Of a DNA stretch of 64,000 nucleotides, positions 13,200 to 25,878 are shown in pieces. The stretch is from Vitrella brassicaformis CCMP3155 (Eukaryota > Protista > Chromerida). How positions within the stretch are numbered: the stretch's first letter is position 1; each line of letters starts with the position of its first letter. The DNA lies in the NCBI GenBank assembly GCA_001179505.1, contig CDMY01000989.1:124001-188000 (forward strand). The letters are read 5' to 3'. A model generated the notes under the pieces. That model searched no databases. It saw only the letters and a program-made list of their open reading frames with translations, and was not told the origin of the DNA. The position numbers and the translations under genes were made by a program.

Positions 13200-15570
13200 T
13201 TGTGTGGTTGTTTTGGTCGTGGGAGGGGGTGGGGCGGGGAGGGTGAGAGAGGGGGGAGGGAAGGGGGAGGGGATGGGCTGTTGTCAAATGACCGCTTGCC
13301 CTTGGTACGATCGATGTAACTGCCATACACATAAAGGGGGGCACGGGACGCACACTCACATATCCACTCCACTTCCACCTCCACCCACACGTGGTAGGCT
13401 ACGGCTCTCACTCACTCGCTCATTCATTCACTCATTCATTCCTGTCACTCTCACCTTGCAATTCTCTGCGTCTACTAATCGGTGTTTGTGAAACGTCCTG
13501 ATGGACGGATGGTAGCTCACTTTTTCAGCGCTGACTTCCTGCCTGCCTGACTCTGTCACATGAATGTTCTGGCTGTCTGTCTGTCTGTCTGTCTTCCTGC
13601 GTGTCTTAACTCCTTTTTCGGGCCTTACCTACTGGCTGCTGGCGGCTGGCTGCTGACCCTCTTTCTCCTGTCGGTCGCCGTCTGTCTGTCTGTCTTTGTC
13701 CACTTTCTAAGCTTCCTCCCTCACCTCCCTCCCCCCTCCATCCCTCCCTCCCTGGCTCCCTGGCTCCGTCTCTTTGTGCGGTGTGTGACATGTTTGGTGG
13801 CTGGCAGACTGGCTGATTTGGTGGGACCCTCTCTCTCTGTGTGTGGTGTGTGTGTGTGTGATTGTGTGTGTGGTTGGTGGCTTATGCTTCGTACCGTATA
13901 GACACAGACACGGCCGTGTTTGCTGGGGTGGGCTGGAAGGGCCTTGGGAGGGGAGGGGAGGGGAGGGCTGCGTATCGCACTGTGCGTATTATGTCAGTAT
14001 CGAAATACTGCCGGTGGTTTGAGTAATTGGCATGTTTTGTAAGTTTATAGTCGCCGTGTGCATTGAGACAAAGACACACTGACAGACAGAGGTGTAGGCA
14101 GATAGATAGGTGCTGGGGGAGGGGGGAGGGGAGGGGGGCGGGAAAATGGTTGCTTGTTCTCCGTCCTTTCATCAGCCACCCACTTACTGGTGACACCCAC
14201 ACAGACAGACACCCAATCCACCAACAAACACATCCCGTCGTTAGACGCAACACGCCATGGACAGACAGACAGACAGCCACGATAGGGCTGCCCTGCCCGT
14301 CTCAATACTACTTTGTACAGCCGCTCATCCATCCATCCATCCATCCCCCCTTCATCCCTTCATCCCTTCATTCATTCCTTCACACCTTCATACGTACATT
14401 TATATGCCCGTGCCTTTGTTTGTACCTAAATGTGTGTGTCATCTGACTGACTAGGGGCGTGGGTGGGTGTGGGTGTGGGTGTGTGTAGGGGGCTGGCTGC
14501 CTGGCTGTCTGCCCAGGAAGGGAGGGAACTCTCGCGGCCAGAAATGGCCGTCTTGTCTGCCTTATTCATATCCTGCCTGCCTGCGTGCGTGTTCTGCAGA
14601 TCGATGGATGGATGGAGTTGTGTGTGTGCCAGGCCCAGCCGACGCGTACACTCATGTGTGTGTGTAGGTGGTGTTGGTGTGCGCGTGTGTGCGTGTGTGT
14701 GTGTGTGTGTGGTGATTTCGTGGAGGAGGTGGTGGTTTCACGTCCGTCCGTCGGATAGGTAGACGAGCGCTCGAGTACCGGTCAATTTAGCTCATCCCAT
14801 ATCATCTCATCTCAGCCCACCCACTCATCCACTCATCCATCCATCAACCATTCATAGCTAGCAAGCATCGCACTTGTCTCTGTCCACCCATCCGTCCGTC
14901 CGTCCGTCTGTCTGTCTGTCTTCTCCTCCGCTTACGCTCTCTCCCACTTGGCTTCACTCCTTGATACATACGCACATGTGCCCGCCATTCGACTCGCTAC
15001 ACGCGGCACCAGCCAGCCAGCTAGCCACACAGACAGGCAGACAAGCAGACAGACAGACAGGCAGGACACGTGGTGCATACTATACGATCTGATCCATCCC
15101 TTCGGTTCGTTCGTGCGATGGAATGGATGGATGAATGGATGGATGAGACTAATCAAAACATTCGATCTGTCTATAAAAACACTCTGACTGACGACCGACA
15201 AGCTGGCTTAATTGTGCTGTATATGCCATGCCACACCAACCCGCTCGTCCGTCCGTCCACTCATCCAGTATCCACACCAACACGCCACAGGCACCAAACC
15301 AGCTGGCCAGCAGGGCACTACACGGGCATATATGGCACCAATCAAGGCAATCAATCAAGGCAACATATATAGGGAGGCACTGCACCGCACACTCATTTGA
15401 TCTGTCTGTCTGTCTGTCACCATTCCAGGTCAGGCGGCCCCACACACTGAGTGCCTGCGTGGCCAACAGACAGACAGACAGACACACAACACATCGATGG
15501 ACACTTGGGTGGACAGATGGATGGATGGACACCATGCACACGACTGACTGACACACTGTGCCAGTTGGTC
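13200..15570. repeat. Microsatellite and low-complexity intergenic tract (GT, CAGA, CATC, poly-purine/pyrimidine runs)
   Basis: Dense short tandem repeats. The ORFs here translate only to repeat-derived peptides. Confidence 0.8.
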
Positions 15571-15576
15571 TCAGTG

Positions 15577-16548
15577 TCAGTCACCTTTAGGCCTCTGTTG
15601 GTCTGCGTGTTTCCTGGCAACCCGCTCGAGCACCGCATAGGCCATTATCGACTCGTGGCCGTCACTCCTGACACACACACATATACACACACACATATGA
15701 GGCAGACGGAACACATAACACGAAACAACAGAATATATATATTTATGTGTGTATATGTGTGTGTGTGTACCAGTGGATGGTGACAGCATAGTTGCCGGTG
15801 GGGTTGATGCGATCCGCCACCACATCGCGCGGGACGCGCCTGCACGGCACACACATGATAAAGGGATGGATGGATGGACTGACTTTGTCCTTTACCATGG
15901 CTGCAGTTTGGCCTTGCCGGTGAACTCGTCAATGCACTCGGCGCACCGACACGCTGCACACAGACAGCAGCCATCCATGTGTGTGTGTGTGTGTGTGTGT
16001 GATGTCAAGGTACCGACCGAGTCGCACCGTCCTTGCCGGCACCAGCAGCACGTCCTCACCCGCCACACCTGCAGGAATGAGCCAATGGATGAATGGATGG
16101 GCGAGCCAGTGACACACGCCACACACGCCACACAACACACATACACACACACACACACACACATACAGTCCCCCTCCAAACATTGATACCGCTCATCAGC
16201 TCTGATGCCTCCAGTGCACCAACGTGGCCGTTGGTCGCCCCCTGTCCCTCTCCTGATGTGCCATTGTCGGCCACAGCGGGGCCGTTGGACACTGCTGCCG
16301 GTGGTGGTGCTGGTGGTGGCGGTGACGCACAAGGGATGGTGACCTCCATCATCATGTCGTCCGTCATGCGCACACGGGGCCGACTGCAGTGATCCATCCA
16401 TCCATCCATCCAGCTATCCATCCAGCTATCATGTGGTGTGGTGTGGCGGCTGTGTGTCCGTCTGTGTGTGTGTACTTGTCAGCGAATCTGCTCGCTGAAA
16501 GGCCTCGTGCGACGGTCTCGGCGATCTGACGGAAACTCTCCCACACCT

Positions 16549-16584
<36 letters not shown>

Positions 16585-17909
16585 AAGAAACAAATGAAGG
16601 GCAAACCGACGGACACACACACACACACCGACCGGATCGTGGCTATCGACGGTCAGCACAAAAGGGAACGTTGCAGGGGGGCATTCCAGCGGCTCATACG
16701 CATCATCATCACCCTCACGACGCTGCTGCGTGTGGGTGGCCTCCTGGGGGACGGTCAGCCGCTGGTCGATGGGCAGTCGGCACCAGTGTGTGCGGTCGAT
16801 GCCGTACTCGTCCTGCAGCCTGGCGATGGTGTGCGGGGGCCGCTGGAAGATCTCGTGTCGCGTGTGGCAGGTGCCGCAGGTGAAGTAGCTCATATTCTCG
16901 ACCACCATCAGGGTGGGGATCTTCAGCTGATCGAACACACGCAAACCCTTCTCGACGTCAACCAAACTGCCCACACGTCAACACACCGAGAGGGAATATA
17001 TATATGTGTGTGTGTGTGAGGATTTCCCTCTTCTTCACTGACCTGAGTTGCTGTGGCGTGGTGACAATGACGGCCCCGTGCACCCGCACCGACTGCGCCA
17101 CCGTCATGTGTATGTCCCCAGTGCCAGGCGGCAAATCGATCACCAGGTAGTCCAGCTCCCCCCAGGCCGTCCCAGTAATCATCTGCCGCACCATCCCCGA
17201 CGCCAGCGGACCCCTCAGCGCGGCGTAGTCGCCCGGCTTGATGAACCCATAGCTCATGAGCTTCACCCCCCGGTGCTCCAGAGGCACCATCAGCCCGTCC
17301 GGTGTGCCGCGCACACCGTCGCATTGCAGTGGAATCAGGTAGCTGAGCGAGGGGCCGTAGACGTCGGCGTCAATGATACCGACCTTGGCCTTCATGTGCT
17401 GCAGCGTGTAGGCGAGATTGACGGCCACGGTGGACTTGCCGACGCCGCCCTTGCAGCTGGCCACGGCAATGATGAACGACACCTGACGCAGGCCGGGGGG
17501 AATGCCCTCTGACCCCGGCTGCTGCCGGGATGAAGAGGCCTTCTGGCTGGTGATGTCGATCTGCACACTGCCCGCCGTCACCCACTCCAGTGCCTCCAAG
17601 AGAGAGGTGCACACCTGACAACCATACGGAGGATGCATAGATCTGTCGGTGTGTGTCAGTATGGTGCTGCCGTCTGCTCACCTGCACGAACTGGTCCTTG
17701 ACGGGGCATGCCGGTGTGGTGAGCTCGAGGGTGAAGCTGACAGCGCCCTTTGTGAAGTCGATTTTGAGGTTTTTGATGAATCCCAGTGTGACGATGTCCT
17801 TCTTGAGGTCGGGATCTATCACCTTCTTGAGCTCGTGCACCACCTCCTCTCTCAGGCGGTCATCCCGGGGCTGACCTTCGCCACCGCCATCCACAAGTGC
17901 GTCATCCAT
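15577..17909 (-). CDS. HCF101: HCF101-type Fe-S cluster carrier (DUF59/MIP18 + Mrp/NBP35 P-loop ATPase + DUF971). Start uncertain (17909 or upstream).
   Basis: LKKVIDPDLKKDIVTLGFI..LELTTPACP (DUF59). AVASCKGGVGKSTVAVNLA, DADVYGPS, WGELDYLVIDLPPGTGD, VTTPQ, VENMSYF (Mrp). CRCAECIDEFTG and GNYAVTIHW/SDGHESI (DUF971). Confidence 0.92.
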
Positions 17910-18540
17910 CCTCTCAAACGCTTTGCGCCGATCCTGCGAGCTTAGCAGAGGGAGATCTTCCCTGGGGCGGCCCGTTGCAGCAGGACTGCTTAGTGGATAT
18001 GGCATTCTCCTGACTACTGTGATGCTCGCCTATTTCCCTCTGCTGTTGGTGTCGTGCTCCGCCACTGCCGCCCTGCGTGGGGCGCACAGCCTCCCGTCTG
18101 CTCCCTTCGGCAGCCATGCATTCATCAGCCCGATGCACGGCGGGTCACACAGCCTGCTGGTCAGTGACAGGGAAACCAGCAAGGTAGCCTGGCTCTCTAA
18201 GTACATGAGGCATTTAGCCTGATGTGAGAGAGAGATGGTTTGGTTTCATTCAGGCCAGGGTGCTCAAGGAGGGTGGGCCAGATCTGATGCTTGCTGAGGT
18301 GAGGGCGGCAGCAGCGTACGTCAGTCAAGCTACACACACAGAGAGACAGATGGATGATATCACCGAGAATGAGTGTCCGCCCATTATGGATGGATGCTGC
18401 GGGTGCGGGTGCGGTTCGCGCATGCATCAGGTCGTCCGCCGGATACGAACACACAAGTGCACACAGGTACTTAGGACAGACGAACCCGAGGGCTGGAGGG
18501 AGGGAGGGAGCTTGCCTTGGTGCGTGGTGACCAGCAGGTC

Positions 18541-18920
18541 ATGGAGGCTGCTGCGGATGGAGGCAATGGCGATGACACGCAAACAGACGACCACGACACA
18601 CAACCCGCTGGTACGCACACATACTTTCCTTCCACGCCCCTTCCACGCCCCTTTTGACAGGTGGTTGTCCGTCGGTGTCTGTGCTGCGCTGTGCTACCTT
18701 TGCAGACGTTGCGGAGCAGACGAAAATCATGAAATCGCTCGCAGACCTCGTGGAGACACTCAGGCCTTTGGGTGAGCTCACGGCGAAACTGGACGAACTC
18801 AAGTCGATCCAGGAGGAGATCAACTCGATCCAGGAGGACATCCTCGCCGTATATGAGACCGCCCAGCAGCTCAAGACGAAGCGTTCTCGAAAACTCCGCT
18901 CCGAGGAGGGATCAGGGTAG
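18541..18920 (+). CDS. Small coiled-coil hypothetical protein; may have further upstream exons from ~18224
   Basis: MEAAADGGNGDD..QPA splices in phase 1 to DVAEQTKIMKSLADLVETLRPLGELTAKLDELKSIQEEINSIQED..*, which has a heptad pattern. Confidence 0.55.
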
Positions 18921-20078
18921 GGGGCGTTCGGTCTTTGTAGTCAAGTCGGGAAACGGGGCCAAAGGGGTGGAAGGGGTGGGTAGACGGAGAGCGTCTGATG
19001 TGTGAGGGCTGTCTCTCTCATGTATGAATGAAGCCGATCTGCAGAAGCAACTATGCGATTATGGCTGACTGGCTGGCTGGCCTACATTCCGACTGACAAA
19101 GACCAGGGCGTCTGGTAGGCAGGGTGTGTTGTCGTCACTGATCTGGATGGCCGGCCGGCCGGCCGAGTGAATGGCCAACGTTTGCAGTGACCTCTGACTG
19201 ACTCGTGCAAATGAATGCACTGCACTCATTCTTGGACGTGTCGTCACCCATCCATAAAGAGCACCACACACAGATAAGATAACACTTACAGGCAGATGTC
19301 CCAAAACTGTCCCCTCCCCTGACCTGACCCACCTCTCTGTGCATTGCAATGTGCGGAGATGCAGCTCTCGCGTGCGCTCTCTCTCTCCCCTCATCGCTCT
19401 GCGATCTCATGAGAGAAAAAATCCTACACACTGAGCGCGGCACACACATGCAGGGTGACCGGCAGGCAGGCTGGCTCCTCTCCCATGTGAATAATAAAGG
19501 TGCACACGTAAGATGCGATGGCCGCCAGCCAGCCAGCCGATCGGAAGCGATAGCGGTAGCAAGCAAACATGCACACAGAACACGGGACATCTGGGTATGT
19601 ATGTGTGTGTCGGTCGTCGTACTTGGAGAGGCTCTGCCGGGGCGATGGTGGATGACAGCTCATGTGGCACAAAAGTCCGCCCGCGGCATCCATCCGTCAT
19701 TGCGCAAACTCCCTCCGTCCCCATCATTCATTGTCCTCACTGGCCGGCCTGGTCTGCACTCCCGCTCTCGCGATTCAAAGGCACTCACACACAGAAAACA
19801 CACACAGACAGACAGACAGTGAGGGGAGCACTCGCTGCCCCCTGTCTCTCTGCACGCAGTACTCACGTGGGTGAGCATCACTCACCCACATCCACCGCCC
19901 CCCGCCCACCTACCCACACCTAGTATACTCACCCCCCCCACCCCCCACCCCCCTCCCATCAACCCTCCGTATGCTGACGCGTACCGATAAACGACAGACA
20001 CCCATACCCTACACAACAGAGAGTCCCTCTCTCTCTCTCTCCCCGCCCTCCCCGCCCCTGTCGCCCTTCTCTTCATTG

Positions 20079-21904
20079 TCAGGCCATCTTGGTCTCCCGC
20101 ACTGCACGGTCAAGAAACTCACCTAAGTCTCCCCTCAAATGCCCGTGGGGCGCTATCGGCGCATCGACCTGGCGGCTGCTGGTGATGGTGCTGCTGACAA
20201 GGTCTTGTTGCTGCTGCTGCTGCTGCTGTTGTCCATCATCCGTCGTACTCTGCAGCATCAGCAGCTGCCGCTGCCCGTCGGTCAGCTCAGTCTCCACAGC
20301 GTCGAGCTCACTCGATAACAGCGACGGCAGATTCTGCAGCCGCTCGCTGACTTGTCTGATGGAGGGTGCCGGCGCCGGGCCACCCGCCTTGACGTCCACC
20401 TTCACGGGTGGCAGCCGCTCTATCACCACCGGCACGCCCTGCGGCCCCTTACGCTCGGGCGGCAACGCCGCTGCTGGAGGGGGCGAGTCGCCAGACAGAA
20501 AGGGCAGCCGCAGCTGACCCAGTAAGGGTATGGAGGGGCCGGGGGCGGGTGCTGCTGGGGCGGATTGCTGTGGTTGGGTGGTGGCTGGTGCCTTCATGGG
20601 CGATGGTTTGAACTCTGTGACGGCCGAGGGCGGGGTCTGTGGCGGTGGTGCGCCGGCGTTGACGCCGTCGGTGGCGAAGTAGAGAGAGGAGGCGATACCA
20701 ACTGTCAAACCAACCACAGACAAGCAGGATACACACAGGAGGGATGGCTTGTCTCTCACTCCCCCTCTGTCTGTCTGAGTGTGGCTACCTACCTGCCCAT
20801 AGCCCAGCAACGATGAACATGAGTTTCATGCCGATGCCATTGCCATTGTTGGCCCCAGCCACAGCCCCCGGTGGCTTGACGGCCACCACACCGCCGGTGC
20901 TGGCGCCACCAGTGGTGGTGGCCGCCACCAAACCACCCGGCCCCTCATCAGTCGTCGTCGTGGCAAGAGCTGTCACAGGTGCCGGTGCAGGCGCCGTATC
21001 GGCAGTGGCTCCGACTGGTGTAGGGGGTGGGAAGCCGGCCGGGGCTGCAGGTGGCGGCGGACCGCCCATGCCCTCCTGACACACACGCACACACAAACAG
21101 ACAGACAGACAGGTACATCCACCGAGTGGCTGATTGCCTGTGCGTGTGTTGTTTCGCCCGTAGTGTCCACCTCACCACAGGTGTCCTGGGTCCCCTCCTG
21201 GCTGCCTTAGTCTGGTCCAGCAGCTGCCTCCCGATGCTCAGCGCAGCCACCGGGGCCAGGCCTGCCGCCAGCCCCTTGCCGAACCCCTCAGGCACCTCCA
21301 GCTCCAGAGCCAGCGCCCTCGTCAGCCCCTCGTCGACAACCTCCTCCTCTGTCTTCTCTTGTCTCTTCTTCTCAGCCAGCTGCACCTCTGGCTGGGGAAA
21401 CATGGTCGGCTCAGGCCCAGGCGTCGGCAGCGGCCGCCGTGTGACGGCTTTGGGCTCCAGCCTGTCGGCGATCTGCGCCACGCGGCCGCGCCAGTCGACC
21501 TCTGGGTCGATCCGCGGAGTGGTCACCACCGGCCGCAGGGAGGGATCCAGCTGATACTCGATCTGCTTGACCGCGTCCTTGAAGTCCCAGTCATCCTCAC
21601 CACCGCCTTTGCCTTTCTTGGGCGGCGGCGTGGCCGAGGGCGGGGGCGCCGTGCGGCTGCTGGGGAGCTTGAACGTGTCGATGCCGATGCGGAAGTCTTC
21701 CTCCATCGGCTGGTTGTTGGCGTTCAGGTGTGTGTGTGTCGATGGGCTGCGCTGGAGCGATGTGACCACTGGGGGAGGTGGGAGAGGGAGGGGTGCGAAG
21801 GCCGGCGCCGCTGGGAGGTCTGACTGCAGCGTGGCTGCTGACACGATTGAGGGGATGCGGAAGAAGACAAGAGCCGGGAAGATCACCATCATTGCCGTCC
21901 TCAT
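20079..21904 (-). CDS. Pro/Ala-rich membrane protein with N-terminal signal peptide (paralog A; probably plastid-targeted)
   Basis: MRTAMMVIFPALVFFRIPSIVSA..PAFAP. Hydrophobic segments LAAGLAPVAALSIGRQLL and LMFIVAGLWA/VVGLTVGIASSLYFAT. Three exons. Confidence 0.7.
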
Positions 21905-22563
21905 AGCGCTGTGGTCACAGCAGCCACAGCAGCAGCAGGGGAGGGAGGCACCTGACAAGGGACACACACACACACGACCAATGCAGCACAGCACAGCATA
22001 GCACAGCGTAGCGCATATGGGGTCACAGGTGCTCTGGCCAATGCCGCGCTTTGCGTGATCTGACTGCGTCGTCTCCCACTCCTCACTCCTCACTTCTTGC
22101 CTTGCCTTGCCTTCACACGCATCAAACGTGACCAGCACATCCCGCCTCTTCTCACCTTCCTGTGCAGTCGTCAAACCACGGCAATTCGCCGAGAAAGCCT
22201 TGCCTCTCCAGAAGTTCGCTGGCTAAGCTCGCAGGCGGATCGTCGGAATTTTCCGCACAAAGAGGGCAGGAGGGAGCAGAGGGGCTTAGATCTGAGGGTG
22301 CTGGATACTGCTCTGTGAGGATTTCAAGCTGATCACCACTTGACGGCTATCTCACTCTGGGAAGCTTGTGGATGGCAGATTGGAGGGAGCTGAGGCGGCG
22401 AGGGTGAAGGCACGGCACCTCTGGAACGGTACGTGTGTGGTTTGCTGACTGATCTCCACCAAGCACACATCTGCCTATGTTTGCATCTATGCTGCATTCC
22501 AGATCCCCCCGGTCAGGCCATGCGTCGCATCTCGACGCCTCCCCCTGCAGCACAACGCTCCTA

Positions 22564-25500
22564 ATGCCCGTGTCAACGCTGCTGCTGTCCCTCCTCGCCT
22601 GTCTGCACTATGTGTCAGCCTTCACTTTGGTCTCCCGTCCCACCGTCCCCTCCCTCTCCCGCACCTTGCAACCTCTCAGGCGGCATGACCATCAGCATCG
22701 GCATCGGCAGCGTCTGTCGGCCTCGACTGACTTCAAGATCGAGATGGACATGGGCACACTGCCCTCGGCACCGACCGTCAGACCACCCCCTCCCCCACCC
22801 ACACCCCCGCCCACACCCCCGCCGCCAGTAGCTGCCGAGCAGGCTGCTCCTCCTGCACCTGCCTCTGAGGCGCCCGCTGCTTCGGCTGGTGCTTCTGCTC
22901 CTGCTGTTGGTGATGCCGCTAGCCCGACTGTGAGTGAGGGTCAGCAGCAGCCGCCGCCGCAACAGCAAAGTGAGGCGAGTGGTGGTGGCGGAGAGGTCAA
23001 GGCGGCGGAGGCCGCTGCTACTGCTCCTGCTCCTGCACGCCCTGCAGAGGGTGAGGCGGCGCCAGCAGCCGCGACAGCGACAACCGCGCAGCAGCAAGAG
23101 CCGCCATCTCCAGCCCCTCCATCAATGGAGCCAGCTCCTCCAGCGGCTGCCGATCAGCCCAAGGAGTCAGTGGAAGACAAGCTGACGCGTGCGATCCTTG
23201 AGAAAGAGGAGGAGGCGGCAAAAGAGCCCGAGCAGCCACCATCAGAGACTGCTGTGGCTGAGGGCGAGGGCGAGGTTCAGGCCCAGGAGGGCGCCAAGAC
23301 AGAGGCCACAGCAGCGACGGAGGGGGGAGGGGCTGAGGGTGAGGGTGACTTGGCTGCGGGCAAGGAGGAGGGCGAGGCTGCCCCGAGCGAGGAGAAGCCG
23401 GAGGTGGCGGAGGCGCCTCCGCCGCCCTCACCGGCACCCTCATTGGAGGAGGCGCAGAAGGTGCTGGAGCCCGTCAAGGGTCTCAAGATACCTGAACTCG
23501 CCGCGGGGGTAACCTAGCCCACACAGCACAGCACACATACACACGATAAAGAAATACGGGTATGTCACGGCTGTGTGTGCGTGTGATTCGATTCCTTCCC
23601 TCACTCAGGTAGGTGCCGGTGCGTTGCCGTGGGTGATAGTTCCGGTGGCGGCCCTCAGCCTCGGGAGGCAGCTGCTCGACACCACCAAGGAAGCCAGGGC
23701 ACAGGCACAGTTCAAGGTGGGCAATGGACACACAATGAACAGGACGAACGAACGAACGAACGAAGGACTGCCGATAGTGACGTGTCGATGGTGTCTGTGT
23801 GTGTGTGTGTGTGGACGTAGGATGAGTTGGCTGAGAGTGAGAGGAAGGCGGCAATCGCCAAGGACCAGGTACACACACACAGACACACACACACACACAC
23901 ACATGGCCCGCCGTATGCCACCAATCATCCCCTCTCCCTCCCTCCCTCCCCCTGTCAGGCGTATGCTGCGATGGCCAAGAGCCGGGAGCCCCCCAAAGGC
24001 ATCGGGATGCTCGCCGCTGCAATCGCCGGAGGTAACGACAACAAACCACAGCCACAGACACAGCAGCGAGGAGGGGCAACAGCAGCAGCCGCAGCCACAG
24101 CCAGCACCGGCACCAGCAAATCAGCTACACCCCCTGCACAGCAACAACCAGCAGCCCAGCAGCAGTCAGCAGCAGCAGCAGCCAGGAAGCCCTCCGTGTC
24201 CCCAGCACCCTTCCTGTCCGGGTGGCGATCTGGCTGGCGCTCCGGGATGCCCCAGCCACAGCAACCGAAGACAGCAGCTGCCCCCAAGAAGCAGCAACAG
24301 CCGCAGCAGAGGCAGCCAGTGCTGCAAGCCACCGCCTCAGCCCCGGCAGGCAAGAGGCAGCAGACACAGCCACAGGCACAGCCGCCCCAGCCCCGTCGCT
24401 ATTCGCCCCCCCCATCCCCGTCCCCGCCGGCCGCCCCCTCCTCCACTAAAGTGCTAGAGGGTGCTCGTTCATCTCTCACGGACCTCCGCGTTGTGCTTGC
24501 AGTCGGGATCGCCTCGTCGCTCGGACTCCTCTACGCCACCACCGTCCTCACCAATGGCAACAAGACGCCACCTGACTTCATCCAACAGCAGCAGACCAAG
24601 ACGCAGACACTGCCGACCAAGCCACAGGGTGCGGCGGTGCTGCCGAAGGAGCCCGAGGGGAGGCCTGCGCTGCGTGACCTGAAGCTGCCGTCGTTCTTTG
24701 GCGGCGGTGAGGAGATCCAAGGCACTGAAGGCAGCGAGGGCGAGAGGAGGGAGGAGACAACGGCGGCAGCTGGCAAGGAAGTGGTCAAGACAGCAGAGGA
24801 GAAGCCGCCGCCACCACCAGAGGAGCCGGAACCGTCACCACAGCCAGCTGCCCCAGTGTTCAAGCTGCCGTCGTTCCTGGGCGGCGAGGACAAAGACAAG
24901 GCACCTGAGGAGGCAAAGGAGACAGCACCCGCTGCACCTGCCCCACCAGCACCAGCCGTCACTGAAGCCGAGACGAAGGAGGCCGCCCCATCAGCCGCCC
25001 CACCAGCCGCTGTTGTCGAGCCGCCCAAGCCATCGGAGGGCTTCCAGCTGCCATCCATCTTCGGCGGCGGCGGCAAGGAAGAGGTCAAGAAAGAGGCGGC
25101 CCCGGCCCCCCCTGCAGCAGTGGTGGAGGAGACGGCCAAGAAAGAGGAGACCGCAGCTGTGGCTCAGCAGCAGCCAGAGGAGAAGAAGGAGCAGCCGGCG
25201 GCCAAGACGGAGGAGGTGGCAAAGGTCGAGCAGAAGAGGGCAGACGAGGAGAAAGCCGCCCCCTCCGCTGCCCCTGCTGGCGTCAGCGAGCCACCCGCCC
25301 CTCTCGCCAAACAAGAAGAAAAGGTGGAGCCACCGCCACCACCACCATCACCAGCACCACCTGCAGCAGAGAAGGCACCACCCGCAGCCACAGCCACAAC
25401 AACGGCCGAGAAAGAGGTGTCTGGGTCGCAAGAACCGCCTGCTCGTGTGTCTGAGCAGCTCAACAGCATGCCTGTGCGGGTCATGATCGAGCCACCGCCC

Positions 25501-25878
25501 AAGCCAAAGCCACCACAACAGCCGCAGCCGACCACCACGGCCGAGAGGTCTGCAGCCGGGGGTGGAGAGGAGAGGAAAGCCCTGGTGGACCTGACGGGCA
25601 TCTTCAAGAGGCAGGGGCCACCGGCGGGGGGCGAGGAGGGTGCTGCGACGGCCGAGGAGAGTGGGAGTGGAGGCGGTGAGAAGAAGGCGCCCGCACCGGC
25701 GGCGTCAAAAGGTGAGCAGCACAGATCACAACAAGTGCGTTGATCTTTGCCATGGTGCTCTGGTGTGTGTCTCTCTGTGTGTGTAGGTGTGCCTGACCGA
25801 TCTGATTTGGTTGACAAGCTGAAAAAGCTGCGGGGCGACCTGCAGGCACAGGCAGACAAGAAGACTGAGACCGAGTGA
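22564..25878 (+). CDS. Pro/Ala/Glu/Gln-rich membrane protein with a bipartite signal + transit-like leader (paralog B; probably plastid-targeted)
   Basis: MPVSTLLLSLLACLHYVSA|FTLVSRPTVPSLSRTLQPLRR..RQRLSA: signal, Phe at +1, then an Arg/Ser-rich stretch. Hydrophobic segments ALPWVIVPVAALSLGRQLL and VVLAVGIASSLGLLYAT. Last exon GVPDRSDLVDKLKKLRGDL..TETE*. Confidence 0.75.

Noticed and set aside
13200-15570. Many 60-130 aa ORFs on both strands
   Set aside because: They are translations of GT, CAGA and CATC microsatellites (CVCV, TDRQ, HPSI) with no coding signal.
20206-20229. CAG/CTG and GCT triplet runs (also ~35250-35270 and ~36527-36560) as possible repeat arrays or CRISPR
   Set aside because: Simple coding poly-Gln and poly-Ala tracts with no repeat-spacer structure.
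22615-25859. Long antisense ORFs opposite paralog B (e.g. 22615-23097, 24531-25139, 25164-25859)
   Set aside because: Shadow ORFs of GC-rich, low-complexity coding sequence on the plus strand.
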